Shown piece by piece: positions 55,859 to 64,000 of a stretch of 64,000 bases of DNA. How positions within the stretch are numbered: the stretch's first letter is position 1; each line of letters begins with the position of its first letter. The stretch comes from Myxococcota bacterium (GTDB lineage Bacteria; Myxococcota_A; UBA9160; UBA4427): assembly GCA_965223565.1 (NCBI GenBank), contig CBDCWV010000017.1:84463-148462 (forward strand), in the 5' to 3' direction. Made by a program: the position numbers and the translations under genes. Under the pieces are notes generated by a model. It saw nothing but the letters and a program-made list of their open reading frames with translations. It did no database searches and was not told where the DNA came from.

Positions 55859-56752
55859 ATGGGTCCCTGGCTGATCAAGGCACTCAATCTCGGGCTGCTG
55901 CTGGCGAGCTGCTTTCTGGTCGCCGACATCGTGACCGAGATCGGGGCCGAGGCCCTCGAGCCCGACCGGGTCCAGACTCCCGCCGAGCGCGTCGAGCGGG
56001 TTGCGACCGCGCCGAGCGCGGCACCGTCGAAGATCCTCGAACGCAACCTCTTCGGTGCCCAGCTCGCGGGCGAGGTCCAGATCACGCTCGAGGACGAGGA
56101 GCAGAGCGAGCCCCTCACGGCGACCAAGCTCCCCCTGCGGTTGCTCGGCACTGCGGCCGCAAGCCGCGAGGAACGCTCGCGCGCCGCGATCGAAGACGAA
56201 AAGACGAAGAAGCATCTCGTCGTCGGCGTCGGCGATCCACTCGAGGGCCATCGGCGCGTGAGCGTCAAGGCGATCGAGCGCAGCCGCGTGATCCTCGACA
56301 ACGCCGGACGGCCCGAGGAGCTCGCGCTGCACGAAGACGACCCCAATGCGCGACCCCGTGCCCGTCCGCGTCGCAATGCGCGCCAGGCGCGTCGCTCGCC
56401 CCGCGCGCAGAACGCGTCACTCAACGACCGTTTGAAGGCGCTCGGCGGCGAGGACGGTCAGGGCATCTCGAAGATCCTCTCCTCGGCGCGCATCGTGCCG
56501 CACTACCAGGACGGCGAGATGCTCGGCATGAAGGTCGATTCGATCAAGAGCGACAGCGTCTTCGAGCGCGTCGGTCTCGAGAACGGCGACGTCATCACCG
56601 AGGTGAACGGCATCGTGATCGACCGCCTCGAGGCGACGAGCGCCATCTTCGACGAATTCGCCAGCGCCGATGAGATCAGCGTATCGGCCACCCGCGGCAA
56701 CGAAGCCGTCATCCTCTCGGCTTCGGCCAGCGAGATCATGGAGCAGCAATAG
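55859..56752 (+). CDS. gspC: Type II secretion system protein C (GspC), PDZ-containing
   Basis: N-terminal TM helix LIKALNLGLLLASCFLVADIV and a C-terminal PDZ-like region GMKVDSIKSDSVFERVGLENGDVITEVNG. It sits immediately upstream of gspD. Confidence 0.7.
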   Translation: MGPWLIKALNLGLLLASCFLVADIVTEIGAEALEPDRVQTPAERVERVATAPSAAPSKILERNLFGAQLAGEVQITLEDEEQSEPLTATKLPLRLLGTAAASREERSRAAIEDEKTKKHLVVGVGDPLEGHRRVSVKAIERSRVILDNAGRPEELALHEDDPNARPRARPRRNARQARRSPRAQNASLNDRLKALGGEDGQGISKILSSARIVPHYQDGEMLGMKVDSIKSDSVFERVGLENGDVITEVNGIVIDRLEATSAIFDEFASADEISVSATRGNEAVILSASASEIMEQQ

Positions 56753-56753
56753 C

Positions 56754-59339
56754 GTGCGCCCGCAGCATTCCTTCGACTCGACGATTGCCCGCCTCGCCCG
56801 ACCGGTCGCGACCGCCGCGGATCGGACCCCGGCGCACCACGCGGCGAACCGGTCGCGCCTGCACGCCCGCTACGCCCTCCGCGCGCTCGCGGCCTGCGCG
56901 CTCGGCCTCGCCGTCGGATTCGCCGCCGATTCCGCTCAGGCCCAGCGCGGCGCGAGCGAGCGACCGGCGGCCGTCGGCGAAGAGGAGCTCGTGACGCTCG
57001 ACTTCAACGACGTCGAGCTTCCCGTCGTCGTCGACACGATCTCGCGCATGACCGGCTACAACTTCATCTATGACGATCGCGTGCGCGGCCGCGTCACGAT
57101 CGTCTCGCCGACCCAGGTGACCGTCGATCAGGCCTTCGCCGTCTTCGAGTCCGTGCTCAAGGTGAAGGGCTTCTCGCTCGTACTCGGCCCGGGGGATACC
57201 TACAAGATCATTCCGATTCGCGACGTCAAGGAATCGAGCATCGATACGATCAAGGACAACCGGCCCTCCCCCAATCGCGATCGCTTCGTGACCCGCCTGG
57301 TGCCGCTGCGATTCATCGACGCCGAGGCGATCACCCAGACGATCAAGCCTCTGATCTCGAAAGACGCCTCGCTCGTCGCCTACGAGGCGACCAACACGAT
57401 CATCGTGACCGACAGCGAGAGCAATATCCGGCGTCTGCTCTCGATCCTCGATGCGATCGACGTCGAGAGCTATCGCCAGGAATTGACGGTCATCAAGATC
57501 GAGCACGCCGACGCGAATACGCTGGCCGAGCAGCTCTCGGAGATCTACGGCGCGGAGGTCGCCTCGGCCTCCGGCGGCTCGACCGCGGCCCAGCGGCGCG
57601 CGCGCTCGCGACGCCGCACCTCGACGACGACGAACGGCACGTCGGAGAAGGCCGGCGCGATCGGGCCGACGGTGCGGATCCTGCCCGACGAGCGCACGAA
57701 CTCGCTGCTCGTGCTGGCGTCGCGTCAGCAGACGGCCGACATCCGTGGCCTCGTCCGCAAGCTCGACATCGAGGTGACGGGCGAAGGCCGAATCCAGGTC
57801 TACTACCTGCGCCACGCCGATGCCGAGGAGCTCTCGGAGACGCTCAACTCGCTGGTCGGCAGCGGCGGCGGGGGGGGCGCCGGCGGTCGCTCGTCGATCC
57901 CGGGCGCCGCCTCGAACGCGCAGAACATTCGCTCCGCCGTGACGCCGCTCGACGAGGGCATCACGGTGACCGCCGATCCCGCGACGAACGCGCTCGTGAT
58001 CAAGGCCAGCAAGGAAGGCTACGAGACGCTCAAGAAGGTGATCGAGAAGCTCGACATCTCGCGACCACAGGTGCTGGTCGAGGCGCTGATCGTCGAGGTC
58101 GACGTGACCGACTCGCTCAACCTCGGCTTCGATGCGGCGTTCCGGCTCGTCAATGGCGACACGGATCTGCTCTTCCAGACCGGCTCGGCCTTCATTCCCG
58201 GCGCCTCGGCCTTCACGCTCGCGCAGGCGTTGCGCTCGGGCACCCACAGCGACCCGAGCCAGGCCTTCAACGGCGGTGTCGCCCCGGACAGCAACGGCTC
58301 GAGCGTCGGCATCGGCGTGCGCGCCGACGCCTCCGACAAGGACGTCAACATCGTCTCCGCCCCGCATATCCTGACCTCGGACAACGAGGAGGCCGAGATC
58401 ATCATCGGCGACAACATCCCGATCGTGACGGGTCGAACCGAGGCCGCGACGGGTAACGCAGACGCCCTCTCGCAGGCGGTCAACGTCGACCGCCAGGACG
58501 TCGGCGTCACGCTCCGCGTCACGCCGCAGATCAGCGAGGGCGACACGCTCCGGCTGAACATCTTCCAGGAGATCACGGAGGTCTCGCCGAATCCCGAGGT
58601 CGGCGCTGCGAACGAGGTCGGCGTCGCGCTCAGCAACCGCAAGATCGAGAACACGGTCGTCGTGAACGACGGCGAGACGGTCGCGATCGGCGGGCTGATC
58701 GACGAGAGCTTCACCGATAACGAGAGCGGCGTGCCCTTCCTGCGCGACATCCCGTTCTTCGGCTGGTTCTTCAAGACGAAGCAAGAGGAGCTGCGCAAGA
58801 CGAACCTGCTGATCTTCTTGACGCCGCATATCATCCGCAACGCCGACGACCTCGAGCGGGAGACGATCCGCAAGCGCCTCGAGCTGGAAGACCGGCTCGG
58901 CGACGAGGACGACTTCCCGGAGCTCGCCAATCTCGACCGCCCCTCGTCGAGTCGCTCCTTCGCCGTCGCCGAAGAGCTCGCGCGCCACAGCGGGCGCTAC
59001 CCGATCGATCGCATGCGCGAGCTCGAGGAGGCCCGGGCGGCGAAGCGCGCCGAGGCCGAAGACGAGGCCGAGCGCCGCGAGGCGATCGGACGCCGCCAAT
59101 ACGCCGTCCAGGTCGCTACCTTCGTCGACGAGATCGAGGCGACCGAGGCGCTCACCCGGCTCGTCGATGCGGGCTACGACGGTACGCTGATCTCGAGCGA
59201 CTCGAAGGGGCGCATCGTCTTCACGATCCAGGTGGGACCCTTCGACGACCTCTGGGAGGCCGATCGCACGGCCGAGACCCTCGACGAAGCCTACGGCTAC
59301 GAGTCGTCCGTGACGCTCTTGCGAGGAGAGTCGCCATGA
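56754..59339 (+). CDS. gspD: Type II secretion secretin GspD with a C-terminal SPOR-like domain
   Basis: N0/N1-type domains (VTLDFNDVELPVVVDTISRMTGYNFIYD) and a secretin core (VVVNDGETVAIGGLIDE...VPFLRDIPFFGWFFK...NLLIFLTPHII). The C-terminal approximately 80 aa YAVQVATFVDEIEATEALTRLVDAGYDG...IQVGPFDD are SPOR-like. GTG at 56754. Confidence 0.85.
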   Translation: MRPQHSFDSTIARLARPVATAADRTPAHHAANRSRLHARYALRALAACALGLAVGFAADSAQAQRGASERPAAVGEEELVTLDFNDVELPVVVDTISRMTGYNFIYDDRVRGRVTIVSPTQVTVDQAFAVFESVLKVKGFSLVLGPGDTYKIIPIRDVKESSIDTIKDNRPSPNRDRFVTRLVPLRFIDAEAITQTIKPLISKDASLVAYEATNTIIVTDSESNIRRLLSILDAIDVESYRQELTVIKIEHADANTLAEQLSEIYGAEVASASGGSTAAQRRARSRRRTSTTTNGTSEKAGAIGPTVRILPDERTNSLLVLASRQQTADIRGLVRKLDIEVTGEGRIQVYYLRHADAEELSETLNSLVGSGGGGGAGGRSSIPGAASNAQNIRSAVTPLDEGITVTADPATNALVIKASKEGYETLKKVIEKLDISRPQVLVEALIVEVDVTDSLNLGFDAAFRLVNGDTDLLFQTGSAFIPGASAFTLAQALRSGTHSDPSQAFNGGVAPDSNGSSVGIGVRADASDKDVNIVSAPHILTSDNEEAEIIIGDNIPIVTGRTEAATGNADALSQAVNVDRQDVGVTLRVTPQISEGDTLRLNIFQEITEVSPNPEVGAANEVGVALSNRKIENTVVVNDGETVAIGGLIDESFTDNESGVPFLRDIPFFGWFFKTKQEELRKTNLLIFLTPHIIRNADDLERETIRKRLELEDRLGDEDDFPELANLDRPSSSRSFAVAEELARHSGRYPIDRMRELEEARAAKRAEAEDEAERREAIGRRQYAVQVATFVDEIEATEALTRLVDAGYDGTLISSDSKGRIVFTIQVGPFDDLWEADRTAETLDEAYGYESSVTLLRGESP

Positions 59340-61216
59340 GTCGCGAATTTCTGGTCGACCCGAGCGAGGAGCCCGGTGATGGGCTGAGCCCCGACGCCGC
59401 GGCCGACGAGCAGGCCCGACGCGCGGCGGCCCAGGCGGCGGGTGTCGCGCCCTCACCCTCACCCTCGTCGCGGAGCCGACCGGCGGGGCGCGGCGCCGAG
59501 AGCCTCGAACTCGGCGACATCCTGCTGCGCGAGACGCGCCTCACGCCGGAGCAGCTCGAGACCGCCCGCCAACGCCAGGCGGAGAGCCACGAGCGGCTGG
59601 CCGACGTGCTCGTCGAGGAGGGCTTCCTGAACGCCGACGAGGTGCTGCACGCGCTCGGCCACCAGCAGGGGCTCGCCGTCGTCTCCGCGATCGACCCCGA
59701 GGAGGTCGATGAGACGCTGCTCGCGGCCGTGCCGATCACGTTCGCCAAGCAACATCGCGTGCTGCCGCTCGCCTGGGCGTCGGAGGGCGTGCTGCGCGTC
59801 GCCGTGGCGGACCCGCTCGAGGTCGCGCCGCTCGACGATCTGCACCTGCTCTTCGACGGCGCCGAGATCGATCTCGTGCTGGCGCGCGAGCCGGTGATCC
59901 TGAACGCGATCAACGTCGCCTACGACCGCGGCGTCACCTCGACCGACCAGCTCGCCGAGGAGGCCGAGGACGATCTCGACGCGCTGGCGACCGAGATCAG
60001 CCACGAGCCGAAGGACCTGCTCGAATCGACCGACGACGCGCCGATCATCCGGCTGGTCAACTCGATGATGCAGCACGCGGTCAAGGAGCGCGCGAGCGAT
60101 ATCCATATCGAGCCCTTCGAGCACGAGATCCGGGTGCGCTTCCGGATCGACGACGTGCTCTACGAGCCCATGAAGCCGCTCCCGCGCGCACTCCAGGCCG
60201 CGATCGCGTCGCGCATCAAGATCATGGGCAATCTCGACATCGCCGAGAAACGCCTGCCCCAGGACGGCCGGATCCGGCTCAAGATCGCGGGGCGCGACTA
60301 CGACGTGCGGCTCTCGACCGTGCCCGTGGCCCACGGCGAACGCCTGGTCCTACGCCTGCTGCCCGATACCCAGGAGCTGCTCGATCTCGAGAAGATCGGC
60401 TTCAGCGAGTCCCAGCTGGCCGCCCTCGATCGCATCATCCGGCGCCCGAACGGCATCTTCCTCGTCACGGGACCCACCGGTAGCGGCAAGACGACGACGC
60501 TCCACGCCGCACTCGCCAAGATCAACGGCCCGGACAAGAACATCATCACGATCGAGGACCCGGTCGAGATCACGCAGCAGGGCGTCGGCCAGATCGAGGT
60601 CAATCCCAAGATCCAGCTCTCGTTCGCGACCGGCCTGCGCGCGATCCTGCGCCAGGATCCCAACGTCGTACTGGTCGGCGAGATCCGCGACAAGGAGACG
60701 GCCGAGATCGCGATCCAGGCCTCGCTCACGGGCCACCTCGTGCTGTCGACGCTGCATACGAACGACGCGGCGAGTGCGCTGACGCGGCTCGTCGACATGG
60801 GCGTCGAGCCCTTCCTGGTCGGCTCGTCGCTCGTCGCCGTCCTCGCCCAGCGCCTCGTCCGCGTGCTGTGTCAGGAGTGTCGCGAGGCCTATACGACGAC
60901 CGACGAGGAGCTGCGCGAGATCGGCGTCAAGCCGCCGGGCCGACCGGTCACGCTCTACCGGGGAACCGGCTGCGCGGCCTGCAGCCATACGGGCTATCGC
61001 GGTCGAATCGGCATCTTCGAGCTGATGACGATCGACGACGAGATCCGCTCACTCGTCAGCCAGAACGTCGATGCCAAGACGATCAAGGCGGCGGCGACGC
61101 GCAAGGGCATGGGCACGCTGCGCGCCGATGGTGCGCGCAAGGTCCTGGCGGGGCGCACCTCCGTCGCGGAGGTGATCCGCGCGACCGAGGAAGAAGGCAG
61201 CGCGGCCCAGGTCTAG
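59336..61216 (+). CDS. gspE: Type II secretion ATPase GspE (PilB/MshE-like N-terminal domain)
   Basis: Walker A GPTGSGKTTT, Asp/His boxes, a tetracysteine CQEC...CAAC, and an N-terminal T2SSE_N-type region. The start overlaps the gspD stop (ATGA). Confidence 0.9.
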   Translation: MSREFLVDPSEEPGDGLSPDAAADEQARRAAAQAAGVAPSPSPSSRSRPAGRGAESLELGDILLRETRLTPEQLETARQRQAESHERLADVLVEEGFLNADEVLHALGHQQGLAVVSAIDPEEVDETLLAAVPITFAKQHRVLPLAWASEGVLRVAVADPLEVAPLDDLHLLFDGAEIDLVLAREPVILNAINVAYDRGVTSTDQLAEEAEDDLDALATEISHEPKDLLESTDDAPIIRLVNSMMQHAVKERASDIHIEPFEHEIRVRFRIDDVLYEPMKPLPRALQAAIASRIKIMGNLDIAEKRLPQDGRIRLKIAGRDYDVRLSTVPVAHGERLVLRLLPDTQELLDLEKIGFSESQLAALDRIIRRPNGIFLVTGPTGSGKTTTLHAALAKINGPDKNIITIEDPVEITQQGVGQIEVNPKIQLSFATGLRAILRQDPNVVLVGEIRDKETAEIAIQASLTGHLVLSTLHTNDAASALTRLVDMGVEPFLVGSSLVAVLAQRLVRVLCQECREAYTTTDEELREIGVKPPGRPVTLYRGTGCAACSHTGYRGRIGIFELMTIDDEIRSLVSQNVDAKTIKAAATRKGMGTLRADGARKVLAGRTSVAEVIRATEEEGSAAQV

Positions 61217-61227
61217 CAGCCCGCGTC

Positions 61228-61369
61228 CGCGCCCCGGGTTGGACGCGGTCAACGGCCCGCGGAGAGCGCCGGGTTGGATGCGGTCAACGGCCCGCGGAGA
61301 GCGCCGGGTTGGATGCGGTCAACGGCCCGTGGAGAGCGCCGGGTTGGATGCGGGCAACGGCCCGTGGAG
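61228..61369. repeat. Four tandem copies of a 35-bp unit (GCGCCGGGTTGGATGCGGTCAACGGCCCGYGGAGA) filling the gspE-gspF intercistronic gap
   Basis: Read directly. Copies start at 61228 (37 bp, 2 extra C), 61265, 61300 and 61335, with 1-3 substitutions each. A period of 35 is not a multiple of 3. Each unit contains an imperfect inverted repeat (CCGGGTTG ... CAAC-GG-CCCG). Confidence 0.95.
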
Positions 61370-61383
61370 GATGAAGAGGGACC

Positions 61384-62625
61384 GTGCCGGTCTACGCCTA
61401 CAAGGGTGTCAACCAGTCGGGCAAGCCGACCCGCGGAACGATCAGCGCCGAGGGCGCGCGAGCGGCGCGCGCACAGATGCGTGCGGCTGGCGTCTTCCTC
61501 ACCGAGATCGCCGAAACGACCGCGACGGCAGGCCAGAAGGCCGGAGCCGCGGAGGGCACGGGCCGCTTCAACTTCGAGATCCGCCTGCCCCAGCGCATCC
61601 CCGGCATGGAGCGCGCCATGGCGACGCGCCAGCTCGCCACACTCGTGTCGGCGGGCGTCCCGCTGGTCGAGGCGCTCTCGGCCCTCGTCGAGCAGACGGA
61701 ACATCGCGCTCTGCGCGACGTCTTCGCGCGCGTGCGCGACCGCGTGAACGAGGGCTCGTCACTCGCGGACGCGCTCGTCGCGACCGGCCGCTTCGACAAT
61801 CTCTACGTCTCGATGGTGCGGGCCGGCGAGGCGAGCGGCGCGCTCGAGGCCGTGCTCACGCGGATCGCCGACTACCTCGAGGATCAGGTGCGGCTCAACA
61901 ACCGCGTGCTCTCGATCATGACCTACCCGCTCTTCATGTTGGTCTTCGCGGCCGTCGTCGTCGGCGTGATGGTCACCCTCGTGCTGCCCCAGATCACGGA
62001 GCTGCTGATCTCGCAGGATCTCGAGCTGCCCTGGTACACCGAGCTCGTGATCGGCAGCTCCGACCTGCTGCGGGGCTATTGGTGGCTGATGCTGCTGGCG
62101 CTCGTCGGATTCGCGCTCGTCTACCGCGCCATCGGCCGGACCGAGGGGGGCCGGCATTTCCTGGATCGTTTCTGGCTGCGCTTTCCGATCATCGGCCGTG
62201 TGATCCGATTCCTGGCGATCGCCCGCTTCACGCGCACGCTCGGCTCCCTACTCGCCAGCAGCGTCAATATCGTGCAGGCCCTGAACATCGCGCGACACGT
62301 CGCGAACAATGCCGTCTTCGAGCAGGCCGCGGACGACGCGAGAGAGAGCATCCTCGAAGGGGCGGCGCTCGCGAGTCCGCTCCGCGCGAGCGGCCAGTTT
62401 CCGCCGCTCGTGACCACGATGGTCGAGGTCGGCGAGCGTTCGGGCGAGCTCGAGGGCATGCTGATCAAGGTCGCCGACACCTACGAGGAGCAGGTCGAGA
62501 CGAGCGTGACCCGGCTCACCTCCCTGCTCGAGCCCATCCTCATCCTCGTCATGGTCGGCATCGTCGGCGTCATCATCATGGCGGTACTGATGCCGATGCT
62601 GCAGCTGACCGAGAGCATCGGATAG
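61384..62625 (+). CDS. gspF: Type II secretion inner-membrane platform protein GspF
   Basis: MPVYAYKGVNQSGKPTRGTISAE is the typical GspF/PilC N-terminus. Two T2SSF repeats and three TM segments. GTG start. Confidence 0.85.
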   Translation: MPVYAYKGVNQSGKPTRGTISAEGARAARAQMRAAGVFLTEIAETTATAGQKAGAAEGTGRFNFEIRLPQRIPGMERAMATRQLATLVSAGVPLVEALSALVEQTEHRALRDVFARVRDRVNEGSSLADALVATGRFDNLYVSMVRAGEASGALEAVLTRIADYLEDQVRLNNRVLSIMTYPLFMLVFAAVVVGVMVTLVLPQITELLISQDLELPWYTELVIGSSDLLRGYWWLMLLALVGFALVYRAIGRTEGGRHFLDRFWLRFPIIGRVIRFLAIARFTRTLGSLLASSVNIVQALNIARHVANNAVFEQAADDARESILEGAALASPLRASGQFPPLVTTMVEVGERSGELEGMLIKVADTYEEQVETSVTRLTSLLEPILILVMVGIVGVIIMAVLMPMLQLTESIG

Positions 62626-62805
62626 AACCGAGACGCGTCGACTATCATCGAATCTCGGAGCCTGAACCGCTCGAGCCAAGACAATTCGCCCCACTGGAGA
62701 ATTCTCGTCATGAAAGTAGACATCCCGTTCGCACCCGGAGAGGCGCGCCGACCCGAAATCGAGCCCCCCGATCGACACGCGGCCCGACCGACCGAATGCG
62801 CCGAC

Positions 62806-63246
62806 GTGGAGCGCCGCCAAGCGGCGGGCTTCACGCTGATCGAGATCATGGCGGTCGTCGTGATCATGGGCATGTTGATGGGCGTGCTCGCCGTCGGAAT
62901 CGCGGGCCAGCTCGAGCAGGCCGAGAAGAAGACCGCCCGTGGCCAGATCACGCGGATCGAGCAGGCGCTCGAGTTCTATCGCCTGGACAACCGTCGCTTC
63001 CCGACCGATGACCAGGGTCTCGAAGCGCTGGTCAGCAAGCCGAGCGCGCCACCGGTTCCCAAGGACTACAACCCGGCGGGCTACATCAAGCCCGAGGCGC
63101 TCGAGGATCCCTGGGGCCAGCCCTTCCAGTACCGCATGCCGGGTCAGCACAACCCCTACACCTTCGATATCTGGTCGCTCGGACCCGATGGTGTCGAAGG
63201 GGGCGACGACATCCAGAACTGGGCGGGTGGCGAAAGCGACGCTTGA
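62806..63246 (+). CDS. gspG: Major pseudopilin GspG
   Basis: Prepilin leader and cleavage site VERRQAAG|FTLIEIMAVVVIMG. GspG-specific blocks ARGQITRIEQALEFYRLDN and DPWGQPFQY. The GTG at 62806 gives a normal 8-aa leader and about 146 aa; the ORF is open from 62710. Confidence 0.85.
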   Translation: MERRQAAGFTLIEIMAVVVIMGMLMGVLAVGIAGQLEQAEKKTARGQITRIEQALEFYRLDNRRFPTDDQGLEALVSKPSAPPVPKDYNPAGYIKPEALEDPWGQPFQYRMPGQHNPYTFDIWSLGPDGVEGGDDIQNWAGGESDA

Positions 63247-63325
63247 AGGCGGTCGAGCGGTCACGCGCGAATCGCCCGATTTCGCCGCAGAGCGCGTCGA
63301 TCCCGTCCAAGAGGCAGGCGCAAGA

Positions 63326-63985
63326 ATGACTCCCATGCGCGCACGCGACGATCGACGAGCGGTTCGAAAACGCGAGGGCTTCACCCTGATCGAGATGATG
63401 GCCGTCGTGGCGATCATCGTGATGGTCTTCTCGATCGGCATTCCGATGCTCGGCGGCAGCGACTGGGACCCGCTCGAGGACGAAGCCGAGACGCTGGCCG
63501 AGCGCATGCGCTTCGCGCGCCAGCGCGCGATCATGACGGGCATTCCCCATCGTGTCTTCGTCGATCTCGAAGACGGCTTCTACCGCGTCGAGTGGTACGT
63601 GTCCGAGACGCGCGCGGCCGGCGGCGGTGGGGGTGGCGGTCTCGACTTCGGTGCCTTGCTGGGAATCGACGCCGGCGGCGATGCCGGTGACTCGGAGGCC
63701 TTGCTCGATTTCGTGCCGGCGAGCCGCGAGGAGCGGGCCTACTACCCGATTCCGAGTCGCGAGATGGGCAGTGATCGCTGGCTCGACGAGGCCCTCTATT
63801 TCGTCGGCGTCGACGGATCCTCGGGCTGGGTCGAGAGCGGCGACTACTCGATCGTCTTCTACGTCGACGGCACGACGGACCCGGCGCTGCTCGAGCTGGC
63901 CGACGCCGACGACAACCATCTGACGCTCGAGATCGAGCCCATCCTCGATCGGGTCCGCGTGCGGGCGGGCGGAGCGCGCTCGTGA
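63326..63985 (+). CDS. gspH: Minor pseudopilin, GspH-like
   Basis: Prepilin-type N-terminus RKREG|FTLIEMMAVVAIIVMVFSIG, followed by LAERMRFARQRAIMTG (GspH-like). A following GTG at 63982 overlaps its stop, so the operon continues beyond the window. Confidence 0.7.
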   Translation: MTPMRARDDRRAVRKREGFTLIEMMAVVAIIVMVFSIGIPMLGGSDWDPLEDEAETLAERMRFARQRAIMTGIPHRVFVDLEDGFYRVEWYVSETRAAGGGGGGGLDFGALLGIDAGGDAGDSEALLDFVPASREERAYYPIPSREMGSDRWLDEALYFVGVDGSSGWVESGDYSIVFYVDGTTDPALLELADADDNHLTLEIEPILDRVRVRAGGARS

Positions 63986-64000
63986 GAGGCTGCACGAGCC

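Noticed and set aside
61228-61369. Possible CRISPR array at the gspE-gspF gap
   Set aside because: The units are directly adjacent with no spacers, there are only four copies, and no cas genes are in the window. This is a plain tandem repeat.
61239-63011. 590-aa ORF (and 61274..61747) starting inside the 35-bp repeats and running through gspF out of frame
   Set aside because: The repeat period of 35 is not a multiple of 3, so the reading frame changes in every unit. The product is Arg-rich low complexity. The gspF frame has clear family motifs.
63982-64000. Start of a further pseudopilin gene (gspI-like), with a GTG overlapping the gspH stop
   Set aside because: Only 19 nt fall inside the window, so it cannot be supported as a feature.

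Overview
High-GC (about 68-70%) chromosomal segment, densely coded on both strands. I found no transposases, integrases, phage genes or CRISPR arrays. The lineage cannot be fixed from sequence alone. The gene content (MglA-like GTPase, PEP-CTERM proteins, WS/DGAT, type II secretion) fits a deltaproteobacteria/Myxococcota-like or similar environmental Gram-negative.

Gene order:
- birA (5' partial) and coaX.
- A translationally coupled trio: HEAT-like repeat protein, MglA-like small GTPase, GAF x3 / degenerate-GGDEF protein.
- Two PEP-CTERM secreted proteins.
- Minus-strand Rrf2 regulator, JAB/MPN, TolB-like lipoprotein, ATP sulfurylase.
- RNase R; tRNA-Leu(CAG); a secreted beta-helix protein; a crotonase; Lon copy 1.
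- A glycan cluster: GT4, DegT, and on the other strand PilZ, GpgS-like GT, GT-C, WbaP-like.
- A coupled pair: penicillin-acylase-like protein and ImuB-like Y-family polymerase.
- pgk-tpiA-secG-tRNA-Leu(GAG).
- An alpha-oxoamine synthase fusion coupled to a di-haem cytochrome c; an orphan histidine kinase.
- A neutral-lipid island: two WS/DGAT paralogs, an alpha/beta hydrolase and TetR.
- A long minus-strand stress cluster: dnaK, hsp20, lon copy 2, ompA-like, ubiB-like, flavin reductase, dsbA-like.
- The start of a type II secretion operon, gspCDEFGH.

Most interesting observations:
1. The MglA-like GTPase lacks both catalytic residues and has no MglB. It is wired to a repeat protein and a degenerate GGDEF with an intact I-site.
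2. An overlapping pair of apparent pseudo-enzymes: an S45 acylase without its Ser nucleophile, and a Y-family polymerase without its catalytic carboxylates.
3. Four tandem 35-bp repeats sit between gspE and gspF.
4. Five to six 12-bp direct repeats lie just upstream of tetR.
5. The GspD secretin carries a C-terminal SPOR domain, and GspE carries MshEN-like c-di-GMP motifs.

All functional calls come from motif recognition by eye. No database search was run.
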